This document shows, one piece after another, positions 23,405-32,959 of a DNA stretch of 64,000 nucleotides. The position numbers and the translations under genes are program-made. Origin of the DNA: Kofleriaceae bacterium (GTDB lineage Bacteria > Myxococcota_A > Polyangia > Haliangiales > Haliangiaceae); the NCBI GenBank assembly GCA_965215005.1, contig CBDCCZ010000018.1, positions 288,001 to 352,000 on the forward strand, read 5' to 3'. Each line of letters opens with the position of its first letter. Within the stretch, counting starts at the first letter, position 1. Below the pieces are notes generated by a model. The model did no database searches, was not told where the DNA came from, and saw nothing but the letters and a program-made list of their open reading frames with translations.

Positions 23405-25164
23405 GCCGTGCCCGTCTCCGCCAAACCGGTTGTGGGTGCCGCTCGATCCAGAGGTGCGTGGCGGGATTCGAGGGAGTGGCTGTCGCGATTCGCGATCCGC
23501 TTGGCGGTCAATCTGCGCAGGCGGCGGTGGCTGATCGTGAATCCGTTGATGGCACCGGCGCTGTTGCGGGTGAAGGTAACGGTGCCCAGTGGGCCGCCGA
23601 CGAAGCGGTCTCCTCCGACGGGCTCGAGGGGGAGTTGCATCTGCCGTGGCCAGTGTAGGCTGAGCGTGTCGCCGTTGAGACGCACGGTAAAGGTGGCGTC
23701 GATCTCATCGATTCGATACTCGCCGACGAATGCCGACAGGTCCGATGTGGCGGGTCGAGGCAGAGTCACTTGTTGGAAGACGCGCGGCTGGGGCCAGTAG
23801 TCGAAGATGCGGACCTCGCGCGGAGCTTCATCCGCAGGGGTGGTGAAGCTCCAATGTTCCACGTCATCGCCAGCGCGGAACTCGCCCTCTCCCAAGGGCA
23901 CGAGCACCTCGAGCGCCGGGGGAGCACCGCGCCGACGGAGCGCTCCGTCGCGCCATTCCACCTGGACGACCTCATCGGAATGCGAGCTCCAATAGGTTCC
24001 GGAAAATTGCCTCTGCTCTGCCTCCGGCACCGCCGTGGCGGGAACGGTTGTCTTGGCTAGGCGGTCGCCGAGATACAGCGCTGCAATCTTGCGAGTGAGC
24101 TCATGCGGTGATGCAGTGGCGGCATTGCAGAGCGCGACGACCGTGAGTTGCTGGTCTGGAAAGGTGACTAGATCCGCGCGGTATCCGGCGTCGATTCCCT
24201 GATGGCCCTCGCTGCGGAGCCCCCGGTGCGTCTCCACTCGGCGGCCCTTGGCGTAGCCGGTGGACGTTCCGTCGTTCAACGTGCCGGGGGTTCGCATCCA
24301 GTCCACCAGTGCTTTGCCGCCGACGCGGGGGTGGTCGAAGTTCTGCTCCCACTTCAGCAGATCGCCCACGGTGGTGAAAAGGCTGGTCGAGCCGTAATGA
24401 TCAAAGACTGGAATACTGATCCGCCACTGGCCATCTGGACCCAGGCGATAGGCAGACGTCCTTCCCGGTACGAGCTCCGTATGATCGACATGGAAGTGTG
24501 TGTCGTTCATAGCGAGTGGCTTGAAGATGCGCTCGGCGGCGAGCTGCCTCAGCGTTTGGCCGGACGCGCGCTTCACAATCTCGGCGAGCAGCGTGTAGCC
24601 CATGTTGTTGTAGAGCGCCTCAGTGCCGGGCTGAAAATTCAGCCCCCGCTGCTTCGCGGCAACCCACAACACATCGTCTGTGGCCATCACATCATCGTCT
24701 CTCCACCCCGCGAGAGCGAGCAGCACTCCCTGCTCCCGTAAGCCGCTGGTGTGGTGAAGCAAGTGTGAGACTGTGATGGGCTTGCCGTAGTCGGGTAGCT
24801 CAGGCAAGTAGGTTCGAATGTCGTCTGTGAGCGATAGCGTTCCGTCTTGCGCCAACAGGCCTATTGCAAGGGCGGTGAACTGCTTGGCGATAGAGGCAGC
24901 GTGGAAGATTGAAGTGGGTGTGATCGGAACGGCGTGTTCTAGGTCGGCCATGCCGTAGCCGCGCACGTAGTCCACGACGCCGTGCTGGGCGATTCCCACC
25001 GCACAACCAGGGGTAGTCGGTCGATTCCAGGGCTCGAAGAGCGCGTCCACCTGGGCATGGCGGTCAGCGGGAGCACGAGGCGCAAGAGAGACTGGCGCTG
25101 CGGGGCGCGCGGCGCAGGCCGCCGCAGTGAGCACCGCCAGGAGGAGAAGTTGGCTTGGTTGCAT
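23401..25164 (-). CDS. Serine hydrolase lipoprotein, beta-lactamase class C/D-aminopeptidase-like
   Basis: Signal ending AAAC, SxxK (SIAK), LLHHTSG, YxN (YNN), HQG; extended C-terminal domains. Confidence 0.9.
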   Translation of the reverse strand: MQPSQLLLLAVLTAAACAARPAAPVSLAPRAPADRHAQVDALFEPWNRPTTPGCAVGIAQHGVVDYVRGYGMADLEHAVPITPTSIFHAASIAKQFTALAIGLLAQDGTLSLTDDIRTYLPELPDYGKPITVSHLLHHTSGLREQGVLLALAGWRDDDVMATDDVLWVAAKQRGLNFQPGTEALYNNMGYTLLAEIVKRASGQTLRQLAAERIFKPLAMNDTHFHVDHTELVPGRTSAYRLGPDGQWRISIPVFDHYGSTSLFTTVGDLLKWEQNFDHPRVGGKALVDWMRTPGTLNDGTSTGYAKGRRVETHRGLRSEGHQGIDAGYRADLVTFPDQQLTVVALCNAATASPHELTRKIAALYLGDRLAKTTVPATAVPEAEQRQFSGTYWSSHSDEVVQVEWRDGALRRRGAPPALEVLVPLGEGEFRAGDDVEHWSFTTPADEAPREVRIFDYWPQPRVFQQVTLPRPATSDLSAFVGEYRIDEIDATFTVRLNGDTLSLHWPRQMQLPLEPVGGDRFVGGPLGTVTFTRNSAGAINGFTISHRRLRRLTAKRIANRDSHSLESRHAPLDRAAPTTGLAETGTA

Positions 25165-25187
25165 GCGAGCTCGTAGCGGCTACATCG

Positions 25188-26733
25188 CTACTTCTGCTCG
25201 AAGACGATGGGAAACTGCGTAGAGATGCCCTCGGTGGAGCGGCGAAACTGCCATTTGCGCATGCGCGCTAGCAGGCACTTGCCAAGCTCGTCGTTGGCGT
25301 GGTCGGAGAGGTCGACGTTGGTGACGGTTCCGGCGGCGTTGACGATCATGCGGACGTCGATGCGGCGCACGCGCAAGAACGGATCGGCTTTGAGGGCGCG
25401 CTCGTAGCAGCGTCGTGTGCCGGTAGCGTACTTGCGTGAGACGGAAACGATGTCGAGCGGCGACAGGGGCTGGATGGCATCGTCGCCAAGGGTGATTTCG
25501 CTGAGGCCGCCGCCGCCGGAGGGTTTGGTGGGCGTGGTGACGCGGCCGGTGTTGACGCGATCGCGGCTGGTGGTGCGCGCTCCGCCTGCTCTAGTGGGTT
25601 GGCTATCGTCGGCTTTGGAGCCGACGCGCGGCAGAACGCGCTCGGGGTCGCCCAATCGATAGCCGAGCTCTTCGAGGCTGCCGGCGATGCCGCCGCCCGA
25701 GCCGGCGCGCAGCTCACTGTCGTTGGACTGGCCACGCAGCAGCAAGAACAACAGCAACGCGGCGATCGCGGTGATGCCGACGCCACCGATCAACAGCAGC
25801 GGCATTCGCGAGTGCCGGGGCGAGCTCGTGAGGATGCTCGGGGAGGCATCGGCGATGGCCGCGTCGGAGAGCGCCCGCTCATCGAGAGCACCGGCGATCA
25901 TCGGCGCAGCACCAGCAACGGGCAGCGACGCCGCGGGACCGGTGCCGCGACCAACACGATCGTTGCCCTTACTCTCACCACTGGCGCGCGGAGTCGTCGG
26001 CGCCATCAAGTCGCGCAGGTTGACGACCCGCGACACCTCACCGATGTCGAGATCGAGGCCGTCCTCGCCATCGCCGGCGGAGCTCTCGGTTCTGGGCCGC
26101 GCCTCGGGAAATAGCGCCCCTCCGGAGGAGCCGTTGCGGGTGGTCGAGCGCGCGGGCGAAGAGCTAGCGCCAAACAACGAGCCGTCGCCGCTGGTGGACC
26201 CGCGCGCTGGTGCGGCGGTGTGCGCCGCTGTTTGCGCGGTGTCGGCGCGGTCGCGCAAGCCGCGAAAGTGGCTGATCTTGTCGACCGGTAGCCAATCGTC
26301 CGAAGCCTTCGCTCCAACAAAACAGCTCCGCCCCGACCGGTTTGCCGGCAACCCATTCGCACGCGTCGGTCACCGAGTACGGCCCCGCCTGCACGCCGTC
26401 GATCGAGACGTACCAGTCGGCAGCCAAGCTCTTGGGTGCCACCAAGCTATCGGACGCGCTCGGGTCGCTCGACTTCTTCAGAACGTCCTCGAACGCGCCG
26501 CGCAGCGGCGAGGGGACGCCTGGATCGGTGTCGGGTGAGGCGCCGCGACGAATGCGGGCGCCGACCTCACTGGCACCGCGCGCGCGGTCATCGGCGGCGG
26601 CGCTGGTGTCGCTGGCTTCACGTACGGTGACGACCGCCGAGCAATTCTTGCAGCGAATCTTGAGGATCTTGCCGCGCACGCGATCGTCGCCGATCGAGTA
26701 ACGCGTCTTGCAACGATCACATTGAAACTTCAT
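25188..26733 (-). pseudogene. GltJ/AgmX-like zinc-ribbon-GYF-TM-TonB_C protein with one frameshift at 26300-26301 (real lesion or sequencing error)
   Basis: MKFQCDRC...CKNC, GYF_2 WYVSIDGVQAGP...CWSEGF continues as DDWLPV in another frame; TM helix; C-terminal CYERALK...CL...WQF. Confidence 0.8.
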
Positions 26734-27111
26734 TCGTCGACGTGCAGTGGAGGGAGCGTCGGCCGTCGCTGGAGCGGACGGCGCTGGCTGCGTCGTTCTT
26801 GGTTTTAGCAAACGCCCGTAGATAAATGAAGAAGCGCGCTCCCAGAACCAGCGCGATAGACGCGAGTCGTGCGGCGAATGTGGGAGTTCGCATGACGCTG
26901 TTGCAGCGCTCTTACCCGCCGCATACGGCAAGCGGCCGGCGCAACCGGGGCTTATGGTGGCACGACAGGTTCGACGGCCGGTGTTTCCCCGCAACCTGCC
27001 GGAGCGGCGCACAAATCTCGTCCTGCGCGAGCTAGCGTGATAGGCGTTCCGACTCGCAGCCGCGGAGCCGGTCGATGCTGGCCCGTCGCCACTTCGCAGG
27101 CACCGCCGAGG

Positions 27112-28467
27112 TTACCCCTGCAGCCACTCCAGGGGGCCGCGCCCGGCATTGCCGAATCGGTCGACGTCGGCCAAGCCCATGTGCCTTGCGATGGAGACGA
27201 AGAGCTGATGCAACACCAGCGCTCGATCCTCGCTCGAGCCCGCCGCTTCGAAGTGACGCCCGGTGCGGTAGGCGCCCATGGAGTTGCCGAACAACACCAC
27301 CGGCACGTTGTCGTTGGAGTGCGGTCCCCCGGCACCGAACTCCGAGGTCCAGAGAACGAGCGTGCTCTCTAACAGCGGGCGGCCATCGGCGTCCATGGTG
27401 GTGGCGAGCTTGTCGACGATGTCCATGACCTTGGACGAAAACCAGTTGTAGAAGAGCTCCAGCGCGGGAGCGGCGCTGGCGCTCGGCTGATGCGTCCAAG
27501 CGTGCATCTGAGGGCCGGAATCGCCGGAATCGACGACATCTGACGCGGGCACTGCGTAAGACTCGGGGATCGCAAACCGCGCCGCCTCGTTGCCGAGAGA
27601 GACGCCAATGACGCGGGTGACGTCGCAGGTAAAGGCGAGCGCCATGAGGTCGGTGAAGGCGGTCATCGCCTCGTCGCGTGCTTCGCGACCGGTCCACGCG
27701 GCCGATTCGCCGAGGGAGGTGCGCGGTGCATCGGGCACCGTGCAGGCCCTCTGCGCGGCGTCCATCGAGCGGGCTACGCTCTTCTCCAGCGACTCGATGT
27801 TGCCGCAGTGAAAGTCGAGCATCTCGCGGCCTTCGCTGGTGAGCTGGCCGCGGAGGCGCGCACAGTCGCCGGCGAGTCGATCGAGGACGAAGTGCTTGCG
27901 AACCAAGCGCGGCGAGGGCCCACTGCCGTCGCCGATGGTTCGCGTGATATCCGCGAGCGCCTCAAACGGATTGCTGATGGGCACCAAGCGTTTGCCGGCG
28001 GCTTCATAGAAGGAGCCGTTGGCGTTATCGTGCAGGCCCCACAAGAGTGAGCGCTTGGGCGTGACCACACCGCGCTTTTCGAGCTCCTTGGCGATGAACT
28101 GATCGAGCGACGGACCGGTCGCTGAGTTGGTTCCCTGGGTGGTGGTGGCCGTAAGCGCTCCCACCGAACCGGATTGGTGGCCGTACTCATTGTGAGTGCC
28201 GAAGGGAACGCCGGGCTGGTGGCAGCGGTGAAAGAATAGGCCGCTGGATTTGTGACGCTCGAGGGGCCGCCACCACGGCAGGATGTTGAAGTCGAGCTCG
28301 GTTCCTTCTGTTGGCCCCACCACGTGCTGCGGACCGTTGGGGCTGCACAGGATCACCACTCGACGAGGCGGCTGCGCGGCCTGCGCAAAGGATAGAATAG
28401 GCCGCAACACGGGCACTGCCGCAGCACCCAGCGCGAGCTGGCCGAGAAATCGTCGTCTGTTGATCAT
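27112..28467 (-). CDS. DUF1552 family protein with Tat signal
   Basis: INRRRFL, GPSLDQFIA, LAFTCDVTRV, LLESTLVLWTSEFG...H; ATGA overlap with upstream gene. Confidence 0.88.
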   Translation of the reverse strand: MINRRRFLGQLALGAAAVPVLRPILSFAQAAQPPRRVVILCSPNGPQHVVGPTEGTELDFNILPWWRPLERHKSSGLFFHRCHQPGVPFGTHNEYGHQSGSVGALTATTTQGTNSATGPSLDQFIAKELEKRGVVTPKRSLLWGLHDNANGSFYEAAGKRLVPISNPFEALADITRTIGDGSGPSPRLVRKHFVLDRLAGDCARLRGQLTSEGREMLDFHCGNIESLEKSVARSMDAAQRACTVPDAPRTSLGESAAWTGREARDEAMTAFTDLMALAFTCDVTRVIGVSLGNEAARFAIPESYAVPASDVVDSGDSGPQMHAWTHQPSASAAPALELFYNWFSSKVMDIVDKLATTMDADGRPLLESTLVLWTSEFGAGGPHSNDNVPVVLFGNSMGAYRTGRHFEAAGSSEDRALVLHQLFVSIARHMGLADVDRFGNAGRGPLEWLQG

Positions 28468-30158
28468 TGGCTTACCCTCACGCGCACGAAGTCCTCGGAA
28501 CGCACCACGGCATCGAGAAGCTCGCGGATTTGCCCGCGGCTGCCGACTGCTGCGCCCTCCAATGCGTCCACCAATGCGCGGTCGTCCTCGCCTTCGAAGT
28601 AACCAAAGGCCCAGCGAAACATGCGCCGTGCCACGCATTGCATCGGCTTGGGATGCTCGGCGAGCAGCCCGGCCATGTCGCTGGCGTTGTCGAACGCGGT
28701 GAGCTCTGCGTCGATGAGTAGCGAGCCTGCGGTGTCAAAGGCGCGCTCCTGTGAGTCGGTGGCGCGATACCGGCCGATCGGATCGAAGTTGAGAAACGCG
28801 AATCCCGGCGGTCCGATGAGCGCATGACAGCTTTGACAGGCGGCGCCCGAGGTACGGAACTCCAGGCGCTCGCGGAACGTCTCGCCTTCGATCTCCGATT
28901 CGTCGACCTCGGGGATCGTCGGAGGCGAGGTGATAACGGTGCACAGAAGGTGCTCATTGATGAACTTGCCGAGCGAGAACGGCGACGCGCCGCTCTCTTT
29001 GGTGTGTGCCGACAGCACCGTGGGATGCATCAGGATGCCGCGTCGCTGCGTCGAGTCGAGGGCACGCTCTTCGAGCTCCTCGCCCAGCTCCGAGGCCTCG
29101 ACGCCGACGATCGCCGCGACCTCGCGCTCAACCACATACCTTTCGGTACCCAGCAGCGCGGCGAGCCCTGCTTCCTGCGTGAACAGCACCTCGTCCACCG
29201 TTGCCCGCAGGCTCTCTTCCGCCAACGCCGCGAGCGTGGCCGGCGTGCCTTCGAGAATCTCGGGGTCTTTGCTCGCGATGCCTCCTTGCGTGAGGCCCAT
29301 CCAGTCGAAGACGAAGCCTTGCAAGCCACGCCGCGCGCGTGGATCGGCGAGCATGCGCTCGAGCTGCATGACCCGCTGCTCGGGATCGGCGAGCGCGCCG
29401 GATTCGGCCGCATCCAAGAGCATCGCATCGGGACCGGATTGCCAGATGAGAAAGCTCAGGCGCGAAGCGACCTCGGCGGGCGTCAAACGCCGGCTCGAGC
29501 CCTGCACCTGCCCTTCGCCAATCTCGCGGCGATAGAGAAACTCTGGCGATGACAGCACCGTCGAGATCAACGTCATGAGCCTCTCGCGCGGCGTCGCACC
29601 AGCGCTGGCATCATCCAATAGCGCCAGGTACGGCGCGGCGAGCTCGGCGTCGGCGCCGCGCAGCGCGAGGCGCAAGAAGTCTGCTGCCCAATCTCTGGCG
29701 CAGCTGCCGTCTTGGGGGTCGCAAGCGAGCGTCGCGACGGCTTCGCCGGCGAGCTCGGCGCCGAGCTCATAGAAGCGCTCGACTTCGTCGTAGCCGATGG
29801 CCTGCGCCATCGCGATTTGACCGTGGCCGGCGACGATGCGCTCCTTTGGTATGCGATCGAGCGGTACGGCGACCCCGAGAAGGTCTTCGGCAAGATTCTT
29901 GTACTCGTTTTGCGTGAGTCGCCGGATTCCCGGCGAGTGGCGATAGTTGGGCAGCCCATCGGCACCGATGCCAGGCCCGTCGCTGGGATCGTCTGGGGTC
30001 GCGCCGGAGGGCTCCTCGATAGATCCGGCGCACGAGGCCAGCGCCGCAGCGACTGCAAGTCCGATGATCCGCGGCGACCGTCGCCGATGTGAGGGAAGAG
30101 AAGCAGCGCCGCTCTGCTGCCCTTCCCGCGCCTTAGAACTGCTTGGCTGATCGCGCAC
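28464..30158 (-). CDS. DUF1587/1595/1592/1588/1585 lipoprotein with CxxCH motif
   Basis: Lipobox LASC, IRRLTQNEY, LSSPEFLYR, ASRLSFLIW, RRGILMHP, CQSCH, FDPIGRYR. Confidence 0.88.
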   Translation of the reverse strand: MRDQPSSSKAREGQQSGAASLPSHRRRSPRIIGLAVAAALASCAGSIEEPSGATPDDPSDGPGIGADGLPNYRHSPGIRRLTQNEYKNLAEDLLGVAVPLDRIPKERIVAGHGQIAMAQAIGYDEVERFYELGAELAGEAVATLACDPQDGSCARDWAADFLRLALRGADAELAAPYLALLDDASAGATPRERLMTLISTVLSSPEFLYRREIGEGQVQGSSRRLTPAEVASRLSFLIWQSGPDAMLLDAAESGALADPEQRVMQLERMLADPRARRGLQGFVFDWMGLTQGGIASKDPEILEGTPATLAALAEESLRATVDEVLFTQEAGLAALLGTERYVVEREVAAIVGVEASELGEELEERALDSTQRRGILMHPTVLSAHTKESGASPFSLGKFINEHLLCTVITSPPTIPEVDESEIEGETFRERLEFRTSGAACQSCHALIGPPGFAFLNFDPIGRYRATDSQERAFDTAGSLLIDAELTAFDNASDMAGLLAEHPKPMQCVARRMFRWAFGYFEGEDDRALVDALEGAAVGSRGQIRELLDAVVRSEDFVRVRVSQ

Positions 30159-30338
30159 CGCCCGAGCCGTTGCACCGCGTGGACCAAGCTCCTGGCGTGC
30201 CTACAACGGGCAGAAGAACGGCGATGTAGGCGCAGAAGGAAGGACGTAAAATCTCGAAATCTTTAGCGATTCATTCACGCCCTGCCGCCGCTGCGAGCCT
30301 CTCGCCGCGACCACGCGCATGCGGCTTCGTAGCGTTGG

Positions 30339-30371
30339 GGTCTCCTCTCCCCCCTACGGGGGAGAGAGACC
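30339..30371. terminator. Inverted repeat downstream of threonine dehydratase (terminator or REP-like hairpin)
   Basis: ggtctcctctccccc...gggggagagagacc; no clear U-tract. Confidence 0.45.
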
Positions 30372-30395
30372 ATGGCGAGAGCGGCCGAGCTGCGG

Positions 30396-31610
30396 TCAAC
30401 CCAGACAGCGACGATGCTGATAGCCATGCTTGCGAAGCGCGGTGAGGAGCTCGGCGACATGCGCGGTGCCCCGGGTTTCCAGCGTAGCCGTCGCCACGGT
30501 CTCGCTGAGCTCGACGCCGGCGAACGCGCGAGCGTGGGCAATATCGAGCACGTTGGCGCCGAGGTTGGCGAACACGCCGATGAGCTCGTGCAACGCGCCG
30601 GGGCTGTCGCTGAGGCGAACCTCTAGCTTGACCAAGCGGCCGTCTTTGGCCAAGCCGCGATCGATGATGCGCGAGAGCAGATTGACGTCGATGTTGCCGC
30701 CGCACACCAAAAGCGCAACGCGCTTGCCGAGCGCGATGCCGGCCTTTTGATTGATCGCGGCCGCCAACGGCACTGCGCCCGCGCCTTCGGCAACAGTTTT
30801 CTCGCGCTCTAGCAACAGCAAGATCGCATTGGCGATCTCTTCTTCGCTCACGCAGGCAATGTCGTCAACGTACCGTTCGATCATCGGCAGCGTGCGCTCG
30901 CCGATGCGACGGACCGCGATGCCGTCGGCGAGAGTGGCTGCCGCTGGCACCGTTACGGGCGCGCCGTTCTCGAGCGCTCGCCGCGCCGACTGGACCCGCT
31001 CCGTCTGCACTCCGATGATGCGCACCGACGGCTTGCTCTCCTTAAGCGCGCAGGCGATTCCGCTGATGAGACCGCCGCCGCCGATCGGCGCGATGACCGC
31101 CTCGAGATCCGGCTGCTGCTCGAGTAGCTCGAGACCGATGGTCCCCTGCCCTGCGATCACCAGATCATCGTCGAACGCGTGCACGAAGACGTGATTGCGT
31201 TCTTCGGCGAGCCGCGTCGCTTCGGCGCAGGCATCGTCATAACCCGCGCCGTGGAGGATCACCTGGGCGCCGAACTCGCGGGTGGCGACCACTTTGATGA
31301 GTGGCGTGCGCTCGGGCATGACGATGGTCGCGGCGATACCCAATCGACTCGCGTGATAGGCAACGCCCTGGGCGTGGTTCCCGGCGGATGCGGCGATGAC
31401 GCCACGCTGCCGCTCGTCCTCGGGCATTAGTAGCAAGCGGTTGAGCGCGCCGCGTTCTTTGAACGAACCGGTCATCTGCAGGTTTTCGAGCTTGAAGTAG
31501 ACCTGCATGCCGGTGAGCTTGGAAAACGTCTCCGAGAACGCGCACGGCGACAAGAACACCGAGTCGCCGAGCCTCTCGCGCGCGTCTTTGATATCGCGAT
31601 AGCCAATCAT
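30396..31610 (-). CDS. ilvA: Threonine ammonia-lyase with C-terminal ACT domain
   Basis: KLENLQMTGSFKERGA, SAGNHAQG, PIGGGGL, CGGNID, DSPGAL; start ATG 31610. Confidence 0.95.
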   Translation of the reverse strand: MIGYRDIKDARERLGDSVFLSPCAFSETFSKLTGMQVYFKLENLQMTGSFKERGALNRLLLMPEDERQRGVIAASAGNHAQGVAYHASRLGIAATIVMPERTPLIKVVATREFGAQVILHGAGYDDACAEATRLAEERNHVFVHAFDDDLVIAGQGTIGLELLEQQPDLEAVIAPIGGGGLISGIACALKESKPSVRIIGVQTERVQSARRALENGAPVTVPAAATLADGIAVRRIGERTLPMIERYVDDIACVSEEEIANAILLLLEREKTVAEGAGAVPLAAAINQKAGIALGKRVALLVCGGNIDVNLLSRIIDRGLAKDGRLVKLEVRLSDSPGALHELIGVFANLGANVLDIAHARAFAGVELSETVATATLETRGTAHVAELLTALRKHGYQHRRCLG

Positions 31611-32959
31611 GGCTCGTCTCCCTGCTCCGGGTCTGCGGGTGCCTCGGTGCTCTGAGGTGTTGGGCGCCCCGCCGGGGACGATCCGCTGGCGCCGCGTCCG
31701 GGGACGCGAGATTTCGCCGGCAGGCTCGGCGCCGGCGCCGCTTCGGTATCGGGCAGGAGCGGTGGCGCGGTTTGCGCATCCCGCTCGACCGCGGGCGGCG
31801 GAGCGGGTCGCACCTCCGTCGCTCGCGGCTTGCGGCGTACGCTCATCTCGGTGGGCACGAGCGGCACGACGACCGGTGGCTTTCCGGCCGCCCGATGCCT
31901 CCACAGGCCACCCACTTGCAGATCGCCGTCGCGAGACTCGAGCTCGATGAGAAAGTCGATGCCGTCGAGCTTGGCGCCGCTCCAAGCGGCATTGGCTGCG
32001 GAAACCCGATAGGCGTCCGCGCTTGCAAGCGACATGGCGCGGCCGGCGTCGATGCGAAATACGGCAACGCGGACGATACGCTCGTCGCGCTGGGTCACGG
32101 CGCTCACCACCGCCAGCTCATCGCGGTTGTCGCCGTCGACATCGATGGCCGCGGCATAGGCGACGTCGCTTACGGCCACCGCGGCGACCTCGCGCAACCG
32201 ACCCGGCGCTTCGCCACCGACGATCGCGATGCGATCACCGCTCCATACTGCCGCCTCGGGGCCTAGCCCGGTGAAGCAGCCAAACGCGAGCTGCGCATCT
32301 TGCGCGGCAAGCTCGGCGCTCGCGCGAATCGGCCCAGCCCATGCGCCGAGAGCCTCGCTGGCGCCACACTCGGCCTCGCCTGGCGTGGCCTCTTCGTCGA
32401 CCTCACGAAGCACAACCGCGCTCACGTGGTCGTCTTGAACCACGAAGCGAGCATTGGGCAGCCTCGCAAAACGCCATAGCCGCGGGTCGGCCGCGCGCCC
32501 TCGCGTGCGCAGCCGCGGCCCCATCTCCGCCGCCAACGTGGTGACGTCGGTGCCAACGCCGACGCCGCTCTCGGTCTTGGCCGTGGCCTCGTCGAGCACG
32601 GAGAGAAACGACACCCCCGCAGGCCGCTCCACACCGATGATGAGCGCGTCTTGCTCGGCCATGACCAAGCTGTAGTCGGCGATGCCTGCGAGCTCCATCA
32701 AGATGACTCGCGGACCGTGAGGCAGAAGACCGAGGGTTTCCTTGAGGCTTGCACCGAGCTGATAAGGGCCAATGCCTCTGGCTTCGATGGCATGGGGCGC
32801 GACCGGCCGCAGCTCCCCGGGCGGCGGGTCGATGACGCGTCGCTGACGGCCGCCATCATACTGCGAGACCTTTGGCGCGGGACGAGGCTCGCGGGCTTTG
32901 CAACCGACACCGAGCGCGGCGAGCATCAACACGGTCAGCGGTAAGTGCCGAGACAACAT
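31607..32959 (-). CDS. Hypothetical lipoprotein with DxDxD Ca-binding-like motif
   Basis: Lipobox GVGC, IDVDGDNRDEL, Pro-rich tail; stop/start overlaps on both sides. Confidence 0.7.
   Translation of the reverse strand: MLSRHLPLTVLMLAALGVGCKAREPRPAPKVSQYDGGRQRRVIDPPPGELRPVAPHAIEARGIGPYQLGASLKETLGLLPHGPRVILMELAGIADYSLVMAEQDALIIGVERPAGVSFLSVLDEATAKTESGVGVGTDVTTLAAEMGPRLRTRGRAADPRLWRFARLPNARFVVQDDHVSAVVLREVDEEATPGEAECGASEALGAWAGPIRASAELAAQDAQLAFGCFTGLGPEAAVWSGDRIAIVGGEAPGRLREVAAVAVSDVAYAAAIDVDGDNRDELAVVSAVTQRDERIVRVAVFRIDAGRAMSLASADAYRVSAANAAWSGAKLDGIDFLIELESRDGDLQVGGLWRHRAAGKPPVVVPLVPTEMSVRRKPRATEVRPAPPPAVERDAQTAPPLLPDTEAAPAPSLPAKSRVPGRGASGSSPAGRPTPQSTEAPADPEQGDEP

Noticed and set aside
23401..25164. 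Beta-lactam resistance gene
   Set aside because: Motifs and C-terminal domains fit the broad serine hydrolase/D-aminopeptidase group; no KTG triad and no resistance context
26295..26305. Programmed ribosomal frameshift
   Set aside because: No slippery heptamer or homopolymer at the break
30165..30205. Sigma54 promoter for the DUF1592 gene
   Set aside because: Two GG-N10-GC spacings exist on the minus strand but each matches only half of the consensus
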